DNA from: Fidelibacterota bacterium
GTDB taxonomy: Bacteria > Fidelibacterota > Marinisomatia > SCGC-AAA003-L08 > GCA-2689995
Length of the DNA stretch: 32,000 nucleotides
Assembly (NCBI GenBank): GCA_002689995.1
Contig: NZIV01000011.1
Coordinates: 1,025 to 33,024 of the forward strand
Reading direction: 5' to 3'
Part shown: in pieces, positions 8,339 through 16,185 of the stretch
Layout of the letters: each line of letters opens with the position of its first letter
Position numbering within the stretch: position 1 is the first letter of the stretch
Made by a program: the position numbers and the translations under genes
The notes under the pieces: model-generated
Database searches by the model: none
Seen by the model: only the letters and a program-made list of their open reading frames with translations
What the model was told of the DNA's origin: nothing

Positions 8339-8513
8339 TATCTTTATTTAGGAACAAAATTCCTCATTATTCTAGGTAATTTTTTCCATATTAGGAAAAA
8401 TAAGTCCTACTTATTTTATACTTAGTAATAATAAATTGAATATAATAGCTATTATACAGTATTCTAGAATGATTTTTTAATAAATAGGTTATTTATTTTA
8501 AAAAAAAATTTAA

Positions 8514-8529
8514 TGGCATAATATTTGAC
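8514..8529 (+). promoter_or_regulatory. candidate sigma-54 (-24/-12) promoter for flgB
   Basis: TGGCAT-N5-TTGAC compared with consensus TGGCAC-N5-TTGCW. The GG and the spacing are correct, but the conserved -12 C is an A. It ends only 15 nt before the annotated flgB ATG, implying a very short leader. Confidence 0.4.
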
Positions 8530-8543
8530 TTTACAATAGTATT

Positions 8544-8915
8544 ATGAAAATATTTAATACATCATATTCAGATTTTTTAAAGCGCTCATTAGATATGCAT
8601 ACTTCACAAAATCAAGCGATTTCAGAAAATATTGAAAATGCAAATACAGTAGATTATGCCAGAATGGATACTGACTTTTCAGAGCTATTACCTGATACTT
8701 ATCAAAAAAATAAAATTACAACAACAAGTGAAAAGCATATTAATACATTACATTTTTCTGATAAATGGAACGATAAAACGGAAGAAACTGGTATTGATTT
8801 AACTAAAGAAATGAGTGAGTTAGCCATTAATCAAATTAATCATGATTTTAATGTGCGAGCGATAAGAAGAATGTATGATGGAATAAGAGCTGCAATCAAA
8901 GGCCATTCTAAGTAA
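8544..8915 (+). CDS. flgB: flagellar basal-body rod protein FlgB
   Basis: LDMHTSQNQAISENIENANTVDYARMD matches the rod-protein N-terminal motif (..IA.NIAN.nT.gY). 123 aa, located upstream of flgC. Confidence 0.85.
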   Translation: MKIFNTSYSDFLKRSLDMHTSQNQAISENIENANTVDYARMDTDFSELLPDTYQKNKITTTSEKHINTLHFSDKWNDKTEETGIDLTKEMSELAINQINHDFNVRAIRRMYDGIRAAIKGHSK

Positions 8916-8924
8916 GGAGTTATA

Positions 8925-9401
8925 ATGGAATTAAAGGGTATATTATCATCATTTCAAAATTCAGTTCGTGGTATGAGTTCTCAAACTAAAAGACTTGAAT
9001 TAGTTTCTAATAATATTGCTAATGCTGATAAGGTTGCAAAGCCAGGAGAAGAGGTATTTCAGAAAAAGAAGTTAGTCTCTAGGGAGTTTGAACCATATCA
9101 AAGAAAATTAAGAAGTAATATTATTTCAGTGAGAAAGACAAATAGTAAACATATTGAAAAATCACAGCATTTAGAAAATAAAAGACAAGAACATAGCTAT
9201 ACTATAGTTAAAGAAGATAAAGTACAAAATGTTTATGATCCTTCTCATCCATATGCAGATGAAAATGGATATATCCGTAAACCTGATATAAATGTTGTAG
9301 AGGAAATGGTTGATTTAATGAGTTTAAGCAGAACCTATGAAGCAAATGTTAAAACTTTTAATTCTGCTAAAGAATTAGCAAAGAAAGCCCTGGAAATTTA
9401 A
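8925..9401 (+). CDS. flgC: flagellar basal-body rod protein FlgC
   Basis: The N-terminus LELVSNNIANADK and the C-terminus VVEEMVDLMSLSRTYEANVKTFNSAKELAKKALEI are classic FlgC termini. GGAG lies upstream of the ATG. Confidence 0.9.
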   Translation: MELKGILSSFQNSVRGMSSQTKRLELVSNNIANADKVAKPGEEVFQKKKLVSREFEPYQRKLRSNIISVRKTNSKHIEKSQHLENKRQEHSYTIVKEDKVQNVYDPSHPYADENGYIRKPDINVVEEMVDLMSLSRTYEANVKTFNSAKELAKKALEI

Positions 9402-9698
9402 TTGGATATAAAATCAACATCAATTACTTTACAAAACTATTTTAATCAACGAGATACTAAAGTTAAAATTGAAAAAGACGTAAATACTGAATATTTTGAT
9501 GATTCATTAGTTGAAAATATGAATCATTTTAAAATAGAATCACCACTTGCAAAAAAACAAGATCCAGAAATGCTTTCAGAGGCAGAGCAGGAATCACTAA
9601 GCCTATTATTTGCAGACAAACCATCTAGTTACCAACAAAGATATCAATTAAGATTACATTCAGATCCAATTGGTACTTTCTTAGATGTGAAAGGATAA
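9402..9698 (+). CDS. hypothetical protein inserted between flgC and fliE
   Basis: The frame is open for 98 codons from a TTG immediately after, and in frame with, the flgC TAA. The first ATG is at 9519. It fills a 301-nt interval in an operon where the other coding-gene gaps are 27 nt or less. No motif recognised. Confidence 0.45.
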   Translation: MDIKSTSITLQNYFNQRDTKVKIEKDVNTEYFDDSLVENMNHFKIESPLAKKQDPEMLSEAEQESLSLLFADKPSSYQQRYQLRLHSDPIGTFLDVKG

Positions 9699-9702
9699 TT
9701 AA

Positions 9703-10011
9703 ATGACAAATCTTGATAATTTAAAAAATATTATACAGCCGAATAAGGTTCAACAGAATCAATTAGAGCAGAAGCCTAAATCAGATTCTAATGAAACTTT
9801 TGGTAATATGGTACATGACTATCTATCCAAAGTAAGTGAAGATGGCGCAAATGCAAAAGACGAAACAAAAAAAGTTTTAGCTGATAAGAATGAAAATGTA
9901 CACGATGCAATGGTAGCCTTAGAAGAGGCGAGTTTGAGCTTTCAAATGATGTTGGAAGTTCGAAATAAAATGCTTGAGTCATATCAAGAATTGAAAAGAA
10001 CACAGGTTTAA
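9703..10011 (+). CDS. fliE: flagellar hook-basal body complex protein FliE
   Basis: The C-terminus VHDAMVALEEASLSFQMMLEVRNKMLESYQELKRTQV matches the FliE signature (..vRNK...AYqEim.MqV). Confidence 0.88.
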   Translation: MTNLDNLKNIIQPNKVQQNQLEQKPKSDSNETFGNMVHDYLSKVSEDGANAKDETKKVLADKNENVHDAMVALEEASLSFQMMLEVRNKMLESYQELKRTQV

Positions 10012-10038
10012 TTAAAAGGTTAATGAGAAGAGGTTAAC

Positions 10039-11673
10039 ATGAGAGATTTATTTATTAGAATTGGATTATTATTACAAAATTATACTTTAGCCCAAAGGTT
10101 TATATTTGTATTCACTGGTATCACTATGCTATCATCCTTAATTGCAATATTATTTTGGGCAAATAGTACAAATTATTTACCACTATATACTGATTTATCA
10201 CCGACTGAAGCCAATCGAATGATTGAAGAGTTAAATCAAGAAGGAATTCCTTATGAAATTAATTCTACAGGTACAGGTATTTCAGTTCCAGAAGACCAAA
10301 TTAATTCATTGCGATTAAAGTTTAATCGTGTTGAATATGGTGATCAAATTGATGGATTTAAAGTTTTTGATAAATCTAATATCGGTATGACTACTTTTAT
10401 GCAAAAAGTAAATTTACAAAGAGCATTAGAGGGTGAATTAACAAAAACAATCAATCAGTTACAGGAAGTGAAACAATCTAGAGTACATCTTGTAATTCCT
10501 GAAAAAAGATTATTCGAAGATTCAGATGGTGGTTCTGCATCAATTGTATTATACTTAGAACCAAATTCATATTTATCAAAAAAACAAACACGAGGAATAG
10601 CTGTATTAGTTGCAAATAGTGTTGATGGCGTTCAAATGGAAAGTGTAAGTATTATTGACAGTGAAGGTAATGTATTATTTGAAGAAAAAGTTGAAGAAGA
10701 AGAAACATTAGCAGGATCAAATGAATGGGATGTTAAGGATAATGTTGAGTCGAAATTAAAAGATAAAGTTCAAACTATTTTAGATCAATTATTAGGTCAA
10801 GGAAATTCAAGTGTTCAAGTGGCAGTTGAGATAAATTTTGATCAAACTGAAAGAACATCTGAAATATATGATTCCGAAAATCCATCTATAATTAGTGAAG
10901 AGCGTAATTTTGAATCGGGAGTACGTGTAGATTCAACAAGTTATAATAACGAAAATGCAATAACTAACTATGAATTAAATAAAACTATTGAGCATTTTAT
11001 TTCTGGTGCAGCAAAAATTAAAAGAATAACTGTTGCAGCATTAGTAAATGGTAAATACGAAAATGTTGATAACGAAGGTGAAATAATAAAAAAATATTTA
11101 CCAAGAAATAATGATGAAAAAAATGAAATTGCAGCACTAATTAAACAAACAATAGGATTTGACGGATCCAGAGGTGATGAAGTAAAAGTTGCTAATTTAG
11201 AATTTGATAGGTCAGAAGTTGAGAAAGCACAGATGTTTTTTGATGAAATTGAAAGAAAAGAATCAATGAATAAGTGGGTTTCAAGAATATTAATGATTTT
11301 AGCTTTATTAGCTATGATGTTCTTTGTCGTGAATTTGACTCACTCATTACCTGGACCACCAATTGTTGAATTAGAAGAAGCTGAAGCCACATTAGGACTT
11401 GAAGCACCTGAAGATATGCTAGCTTTAACTGGAGGTACAATAGAAGATGAAGAGTATAGTGAACTTGAGGATGAATCTTCCATGCCAGATATTCCGAGAC
11501 CAGAAGATCATATTTCTACGTTATCATTAGAGGCTGAGGCAAGATTAAAAGCTAAGGATATAATGACAGATGACATTAATAATTTTGTTGATGGTCATCC
11601 AAATAATGCTGCTAAATTAATTAGAACTTGGTTAGCACAAGATAAATTAAAAAATATTAATAAAGGTAAATAA
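10039..11673 (+). CDS. fliF: flagellar MS-ring protein FliF
   Basis: 544 aa with an N-terminal transmembrane segment (FIFVFTGITMLSSLIAILFWA). Contains LYTDLSPTEANRMIEELNQEGIPYE and QEVKQSRVHLVIPEKRLF, a second transmembrane segment near residue 420, and an acidic C-terminal FliG-binding tail. Confidence 0.92.
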   Translation: MRDLFIRIGLLLQNYTLAQRFIFVFTGITMLSSLIAILFWANSTNYLPLYTDLSPTEANRMIEELNQEGIPYEINSTGTGISVPEDQINSLRLKFNRVEYGDQIDGFKVFDKSNIGMTTFMQKVNLQRALEGELTKTINQLQEVKQSRVHLVIPEKRLFEDSDGGSASIVLYLEPNSYLSKKQTRGIAVLVANSVDGVQMESVSIIDSEGNVLFEEKVEEEETLAGSNEWDVKDNVESKLKDKVQTILDQLLGQGNSSVQVAVEINFDQTERTSEIYDSENPSIISEERNFESGVRVDSTSYNNENAITNYELNKTIEHFISGAAKIKRITVAALVNGKYENVDNEGEIIKKYLPRNNDEKNEIAALIKQTIGFDGSRGDEVKVANLEFDRSEVEKAQMFFDEIERKESMNKWVSRILMILALLAMMFFVVNLTHSLPGPPIVELEEAEATLGLEAPEDMLALTGGTIEDEEYSELEDESSMPDIPRPEDHISTLSLEAEARLKAKDIMTDDINNFVDGHPNNAAKLIRTWLAQDKLKNINKGK

Positions 11674-12701
11674 TGCCCATTACTATTCAAGATTTAACAT
11701 CTGTTGAAAAATCAGCAATTTTATTGATTTCATTAGGTGTTGAACATGCATCAAAAGTTTTCAATAATTTAAGTGAAGATGATGTTGAAAGATTAACTAT
11801 TGCTATGGCAAAATTAAAGGATATTTCTTCTGAATTAGTCAATGAGGTAATCAAAGAATATTATGATATGATGGTAGCTAGAAATTATGTTGAAGAAGGT
11901 GGCATGGCATATGCTTCTAGTGTTCTTGAGGCTGCAATGGGTAAAGAAAATGCTGATTCTTTAATTCGTAAAATTAATGCTTCATCAGAATTAAAGGATA
12001 TGGCAGGTGGATTTGATCTATTAGAAAAAGTAGAAGAGAATCAATTGATAAACTTTTTGAAAAATGAACATCCTCAAACAGCTGCATTAATTATTGCAAA
12101 TTTAGAACAAACCCAGGCAGCAAGTATTTTAGAACAATTTGATGATGAACTACAAGGTGAAATAGCTTATAGGCTAGCAATAATGGAAAAGACATCTCCT
12201 GAATTGATACAGGATATTGACCAGGTGTTAACTGAGCAATTAGGTGGAATTTTTGGCGGTAGCTTAAGTAAAGCGGGTGGAACTGATTCAGTAGCAAGTA
12301 TTCTCAATTCAATAGGGAAAAAAGGTACGGAAAAAATTATGGACTTTATAAATGAGAAGAATGCTACACTAGCAAATGAAATTAATGCATTAATGTTTGT
12401 ATTTGAAGATATATTTAATTTACCACAGGAAACTATAAATATTATTTTTGGAAAAGCAAAGGATGAAAATGAAGAAAAATTTTATATTTCTTGTAAAACT
12501 TTAACAAAAGAACAGTTAGATATTGCATTAGATGGATTTACAGGTAAGGGATTAACAATGGCGCAAGATGGGATTGCTGACTTACCACCTATGCCTGCAA
12601 AAGATGTTCTTGAAGCACAGAATGAAATTGTTTCAATGGTAAAAGAAATGGAAGAAAGTGGTGAAATTATAATTTTAGCTAGTGGAGAGGAAATGGTTTA
12701 A
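11673..12701 (+). CDS. fliG: flagellar motor switch protein FliG
   Basis: Contains LTSVEKSAILLISLGVEHASKVFNNLSEDDVERLTIAMAKL, IANLEQTQAASILEQF and the C-terminal ESGEIIIL. 342 aa, with a TAATG overlap to fliF. Confidence 0.9.
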   Translation: MPITIQDLTSVEKSAILLISLGVEHASKVFNNLSEDDVERLTIAMAKLKDISSELVNEVIKEYYDMMVARNYVEEGGMAYASSVLEAAMGKENADSLIRKINASSELKDMAGGFDLLEKVEENQLINFLKNEHPQTAALIIANLEQTQAASILEQFDDELQGEIAYRLAIMEKTSPELIQDIDQVLTEQLGGIFGGSLSKAGGTDSVASILNSIGKKGTEKIMDFINEKNATLANEINALMFVFEDIFNLPQETINIIFGKAKDENEEKFYISCKTLTKEQLDIALDGFTGKGLTMAQDGIADLPPMPAKDVLEAQNEIVSMVKEMEESGEIIILASGEEMV

Positions 12702-13354
12702 TGGAAAAAAATAGTATACACTCATTATCTACAGGTAATCATATCACAAAATTTCATATACCAGAGAATGGTGTAATTATTAATGGCTTGCCTGAAAAAA
12801 AAGAAGAGCCAATTTTAACAGAAGTAGAAATTTTAAATTCTAAAATTGAAATGTTAGAATTTGAAATCCAAAAGGCGAGAGAAGAGGCTTATAATGAGGG
12901 GTTTAATGCTTCAAAACAAGTAATGGATGAAGAAAATTCTGAAAAGCTTAAAACAGAAATTGGTTTTTTTATTGAGTTAAAAAATAATTTAGAAAATGAG
13001 ATAAAAGAAACTATATCTAAAATTTCTCATCCAATTGTAGAATTAAGCAAAGAAATGACTCAAAAAATTATTGAAAGAGAATTAGATTCGTCTCAAAAGT
13101 GGATAGAATTAATTAAATCTAAAATTGAAAAATATTGTCATAAAGAATTAGAAAATACTACTCTAAATATTAAAGTAAATGAACAATGTATAGATATCCT
13201 ACAAAGTGAAGAAATAAGTTTTGAAAAAGAAATTATTACATTTTCAATTGATAATAATTTAAAACCTGGTGAATGTACCATTGAAAGTGACAATCATATT
13301 ATTGATGCAAGCTTTCAAAATCAAGTTCAAAATATAATAAATGATATTTTATAA
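12701..13354 (+). CDS. fliH: flagellar assembly protein FliH
   Basis: Central coiled coil EIQKAREEAYNEGFNASKQ and C-terminal PGECTIESDNHIIDASFQNQVQNI (FliH pattern G.c.ie...g.iDas). Located between fliG and fliI. Confidence 0.82.
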   Translation: MEKNSIHSLSTGNHITKFHIPENGVIINGLPEKKEEPILTEVEILNSKIEMLEFEIQKAREEAYNEGFNASKQVMDEENSEKLKTEIGFFIELKNNLENEIKETISKISHPIVELSKEMTQKIIERELDSSQKWIELIKSKIEKYCHKELENTTLNIKVNEQCIDILQSEEISFEKEIITFSIDNNLKPGECTIESDNHIIDASFQNQVQNIINDIL

Positions 13355-14688
13355 TGTCTGTAATTATTGAATCATTAATAAAAAAAACAAATAATATTAA
13401 ATCAGGTGAAACTATCGCTATTGATGGTAAGGTCTCTCAAGTGGTGGGATTAGTAATTGAAGCGACGGGTCCACAAAATGCTGTTGGTAGTTTGTGTAAT
13501 ATTCATGCTCAACACGGAAAAAAAGTTAGAGCAGAAATCGTTGGCTTTAAAGAAAATAAGATTTTATTGATGCCACTAGATGAAACTATTGGCATAGTCC
13601 CTGGAGCAAGAGTTACTTCAAGTCCTCAACAACTTACAATTCCGGTGGGACTAGAATTAAAAGGGCGAGTTTTAGATGGATTGGGAAATCCCATTGATGA
13701 CTTAGGAAAATTAACTTGTAAAGAAAAATATCCTGTTTTTAATACTCCTCCGAATCCATTAAAAAGAAAAAGGATTAAATCTCAATTGTCTACAGGTATT
13801 CGTAGTATTGATGGATTAATCCCAATCGCGAATGGTCAAAGAGTAGGTATTTTTGCAGGTAGTGGTGTCGGTAAAAGCGTTACGATGGGGATGATTGCAC
13901 GAAATACTTCTGCGGATATAAATGTTATAGCACTTATTGGTGAGAGAGGAAGAGAGGTTAGAGAATTTATTGAAAATGACCTTGGAGAAGAAGGTATGAA
14001 AAGGTCAATTTTAGTTGTTGCAACTTCTGACCAAGCACCATACATTCGATTAAAAGCATCTCTCACTGCTACAGCAATTGCAGAATACTTTAGAGATAAG
14101 GGTATGAATGTTATGTTGATGATGGACTCACTAACAAGAGTTGCACAGGCTCAACGTGAAGTGGGGCTTGCCGTAGGTGAGGCACCAACTTCTAAGGGAT
14201 ATACTCCATCTGTATTCGCACTTTTACCTCGTCTCTTAGAAAGAGCAGGCACAAATTCAATTGGCACTATTTCAGGATTATATTCTGTTTTAGTAGAAGG
14301 CGATGATTTATCAGATCCTGTTGCTGACTCCGCACGATCAATTTTAGACGGACATATTGTTCTTTCAAGGAATCTTGCTAACAAGGGTCATTATCCTTCA
14401 ATAGATGTATTGAAAAGTGTTAGTCGATTAAAAACTACGATTGCAAAAGGAGAAAAACTTCAGAAAATAAATAAAATTATTGAATTAATATCTGTTTTTA
14501 ATGATTCTGAAGATTTAATAAATATTGGTGCATATGCAAAAGGAAGTAACCCAAGTATCGATTTAGCTATTAAATTTATGCCTGTTATAAATCAGTTATT
14601 ACGTCAACAAATTGAAGAGAAAACTGATTTAAATGAAACATTAGATGTCCTTTCAGCAATATTTGAAAAAATTAATTCTACAAAATAG
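13354..14688 (+). CDS. fliI: flagellum-specific export ATPase FliI
   Basis: Walker A GSGVGKS and Walker B region MLMMDSLTRVAQAQREV, with F1/T3SS-ATPase-like sequence throughout. 444 aa. Confidence 0.95.
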   Translation: MSVIIESLIKKTNNIKSGETIAIDGKVSQVVGLVIEATGPQNAVGSLCNIHAQHGKKVRAEIVGFKENKILLMPLDETIGIVPGARVTSSPQQLTIPVGLELKGRVLDGLGNPIDDLGKLTCKEKYPVFNTPPNPLKRKRIKSQLSTGIRSIDGLIPIANGQRVGIFAGSGVGKSVTMGMIARNTSADINVIALIGERGREVREFIENDLGEEGMKRSILVVATSDQAPYIRLKASLTATAIAEYFRDKGMNVMLMMDSLTRVAQAQREVGLAVGEAPTSKGYTPSVFALLPRLLERAGTNSIGTISGLYSVLVEGDDLSDPVADSARSILDGHIVLSRNLANKGHYPSIDVLKSVSRLKTTIAKGEKLQKINKIIELISVFNDSEDLINIGAYAKGSNPSIDLAIKFMPVINQLLRQQIEEKTDLNETLDVLSAIFEKINSTK

Positions 14689-14714
14689 TTTAATTTTTTT
14701 TACCCTTAAAATAT

Positions 14715-14740
14715 TCCTAAATTTTCTTACTAATTTAGGA
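14715..14740 (+). other. perfect 9-bp stem-loop between fliI and the lipoprotein gene; its 3' arm contains the AGGA upstream of the next ATG
   Basis: TCCTAAATT (14715-14723) and AATTTAGGA (14732-14740) flank an 8-nt loop. AGGA at 14737-14740 lies 4 nt before the ATG at 14745. No U-tract follows. Confidence 0.5.
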
Positions 14741-14744
14741 CACA

Positions 14745-16184
14745 ATGAAATATTTATTTATAACTATCAAAATTCTATTTTTAATTTCTTGTAGAGCTTA
14801 TGAAGCAATTGATATCACTAAGCCATCTGCTTATATAAACTCGCCACAGGATGGTGATTTAGTTTCAGATACACTATTTATTTCTGCAATCGGTTCAGAT
14901 GATACTGGAATTGATTATATCGAACTATGGATTAACCAAGAAAAAACTGAATTAAAAGATTATGATCCACCTTATGAATTTATTGTAGATACTAGAAGTT
15001 TGACTGATATTGAAGAAGGTGAGTCTATCGAACTTTCTGTAAAAGCATTTGACAATAGTGAAAATGAATCATCTTTAAGTTCATCAGTAGAAGTTTTTTT
15101 AGACAATTATCCTCCTGAAAAAGTGATTTTAAATCCAATAATTGAAGAAAATGGAATATTACAATTTAAATGGGAAAAATGTACTGATTTAGATTTTTAT
15201 GCTTATGTAATTACTGTAAATAATTCCCCATTTACTCTTATTGATACAATTCGTTTAGCAAACTTTAATGAAATAAATATTGAATATAATTTTCAGGATA
15301 CTGAGTTTTTTGGAATAAGAGTTCTAGATAATGGATTTAAATTTACAGAAAGTAATCTCGTTCAGCCGATTAGTTTTGATTTTATTAATGTTACAGGAAA
15401 TTATTTTTATTATGGAGAAAATAACGAAAATGTTTTTGTTGACGATTTTCAATTAATGGTTTCTGAAGTTAGCAATATGCAATACAGATCATATTTAAGT
15501 GTAGCTAAAGAATTAAATGAAATAGACGTTAATAATATTGGCCCATGGGTTTTGGATAATGATGGTAATATTTTATATGATTTAGAAAATGGAGTTATTA
15601 ATTGGAATGGAACCAATTTTGAAATAGATGGTACACAAAATCCATATTTATCTGATTATCCAGTAACTCATGTAAGTTATTACGGCGCAAAGCATTTTGC
15701 TAGTTTTTTTGATTTTGAATTACCTTCAGAAGTAATGTGGGAAAAAGCAGCGGCTGGAACTGGACTATTTGATTATCCATGGGGTTTTGAGTTTGATGAT
15801 GGTAATAATCCAATTAATGAAATAAAATCTTCATACGCAAATTATTTTGAAAATGAGGATTTAGATGGTTTATTTGAACCTTATGAACCTGGAGGAGAAA
15901 TTAATACTAATATTAGTGATCCGGGGCTTGCACCGGTTAGGTATTTAGTAGGAGAAGTAGACGAGTTTTGGTTTTTTAATGTATGTCCAAATGAATGTCG
16001 AGGCTTTAATCATATGGCTGGTAATGTTTGGGAGTGGGTTAATAATGAATTTGGTTATTCAGGTAATCAAATAGCAAAAGGTGGTTCGTGGAGAAGTTCA
16101 AAACAAGATTTAAGAGTTTGGTCTAAAAAATATTTAGATGCACACTCAACTGGAGACCATGTTGGTTTTAGATGTTCATATTAA
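14745..16184 (+). CDS. lipoprotein with Ig-like/FN3-like N-terminal modules and a C-terminal FGE/SUMF1 (formylglycine-generating-enzyme-like) domain
   Basis: Signal peptide with lipobox LFLISC. The C-terminal half contains VTHVSYYGAKHFASFF, LPSEVMWEKAAAG, YPWG, GNVWEWV, KGGSWRS and HVGFRC, the hallmark FGE-sulfatase domain motifs. Confidence 0.8.
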   Translation: MKYLFITIKILFLISCRAYEAIDITKPSAYINSPQDGDLVSDTLFISAIGSDDTGIDYIELWINQEKTELKDYDPPYEFIVDTRSLTDIEEGESIELSVKAFDNSENESSLSSSVEVFLDNYPPEKVILNPIIEENGILQFKWEKCTDLDFYAYVITVNNSPFTLIDTIRLANFNEINIEYNFQDTEFFGIRVLDNGFKFTESNLVQPISFDFINVTGNYFYYGENNENVFVDDFQLMVSEVSNMQYRSYLSVAKELNEIDVNNIGPWVLDNDGNILYDLENGVINWNGTNFEIDGTQNPYLSDYPVTHVSYYGAKHFASFFDFELPSEVMWEKAAAGTGLFDYPWGFEFDDGNNPINEIKSSYANYFENEDLDGLFEPYEPGGEINTNISDPGLAPVRYLVGEVDEFWFFNVCPNECRGFNHMAGNVWEWVNNEFGYSGNQIAKGGSWRSSKQDLRVWSKKYLDAHSTGDHVGFRCSY

Positions 16185-16185
16185 T

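Noticed and set aside
9788-10003. 71-aa minus-strand ORF
   Set aside because: It lies entirely antisense within fliE, has a low-complexity composition, and looks like a shadow ORF.
12091-12297. 68-aa minus-strand ORF
   Set aside because: It is antisense within fliG and looks like a shadow ORF.
13836-14384. Two minus-strand ORFs (76 and 77 aa)
   Set aside because: Both are antisense within the highly conserved fliI ATPase core and look like shadow ORFs.
14745-16184. Calling the FGE-domain lipoprotein GldK/PorK
   Set aside because: No gldL/M/N-like genes follow it. It also carries extra Ig/FN3-like modules that are atypical for GldK. I kept it as a generic FGE/SUMF1-domain lipoprotein.
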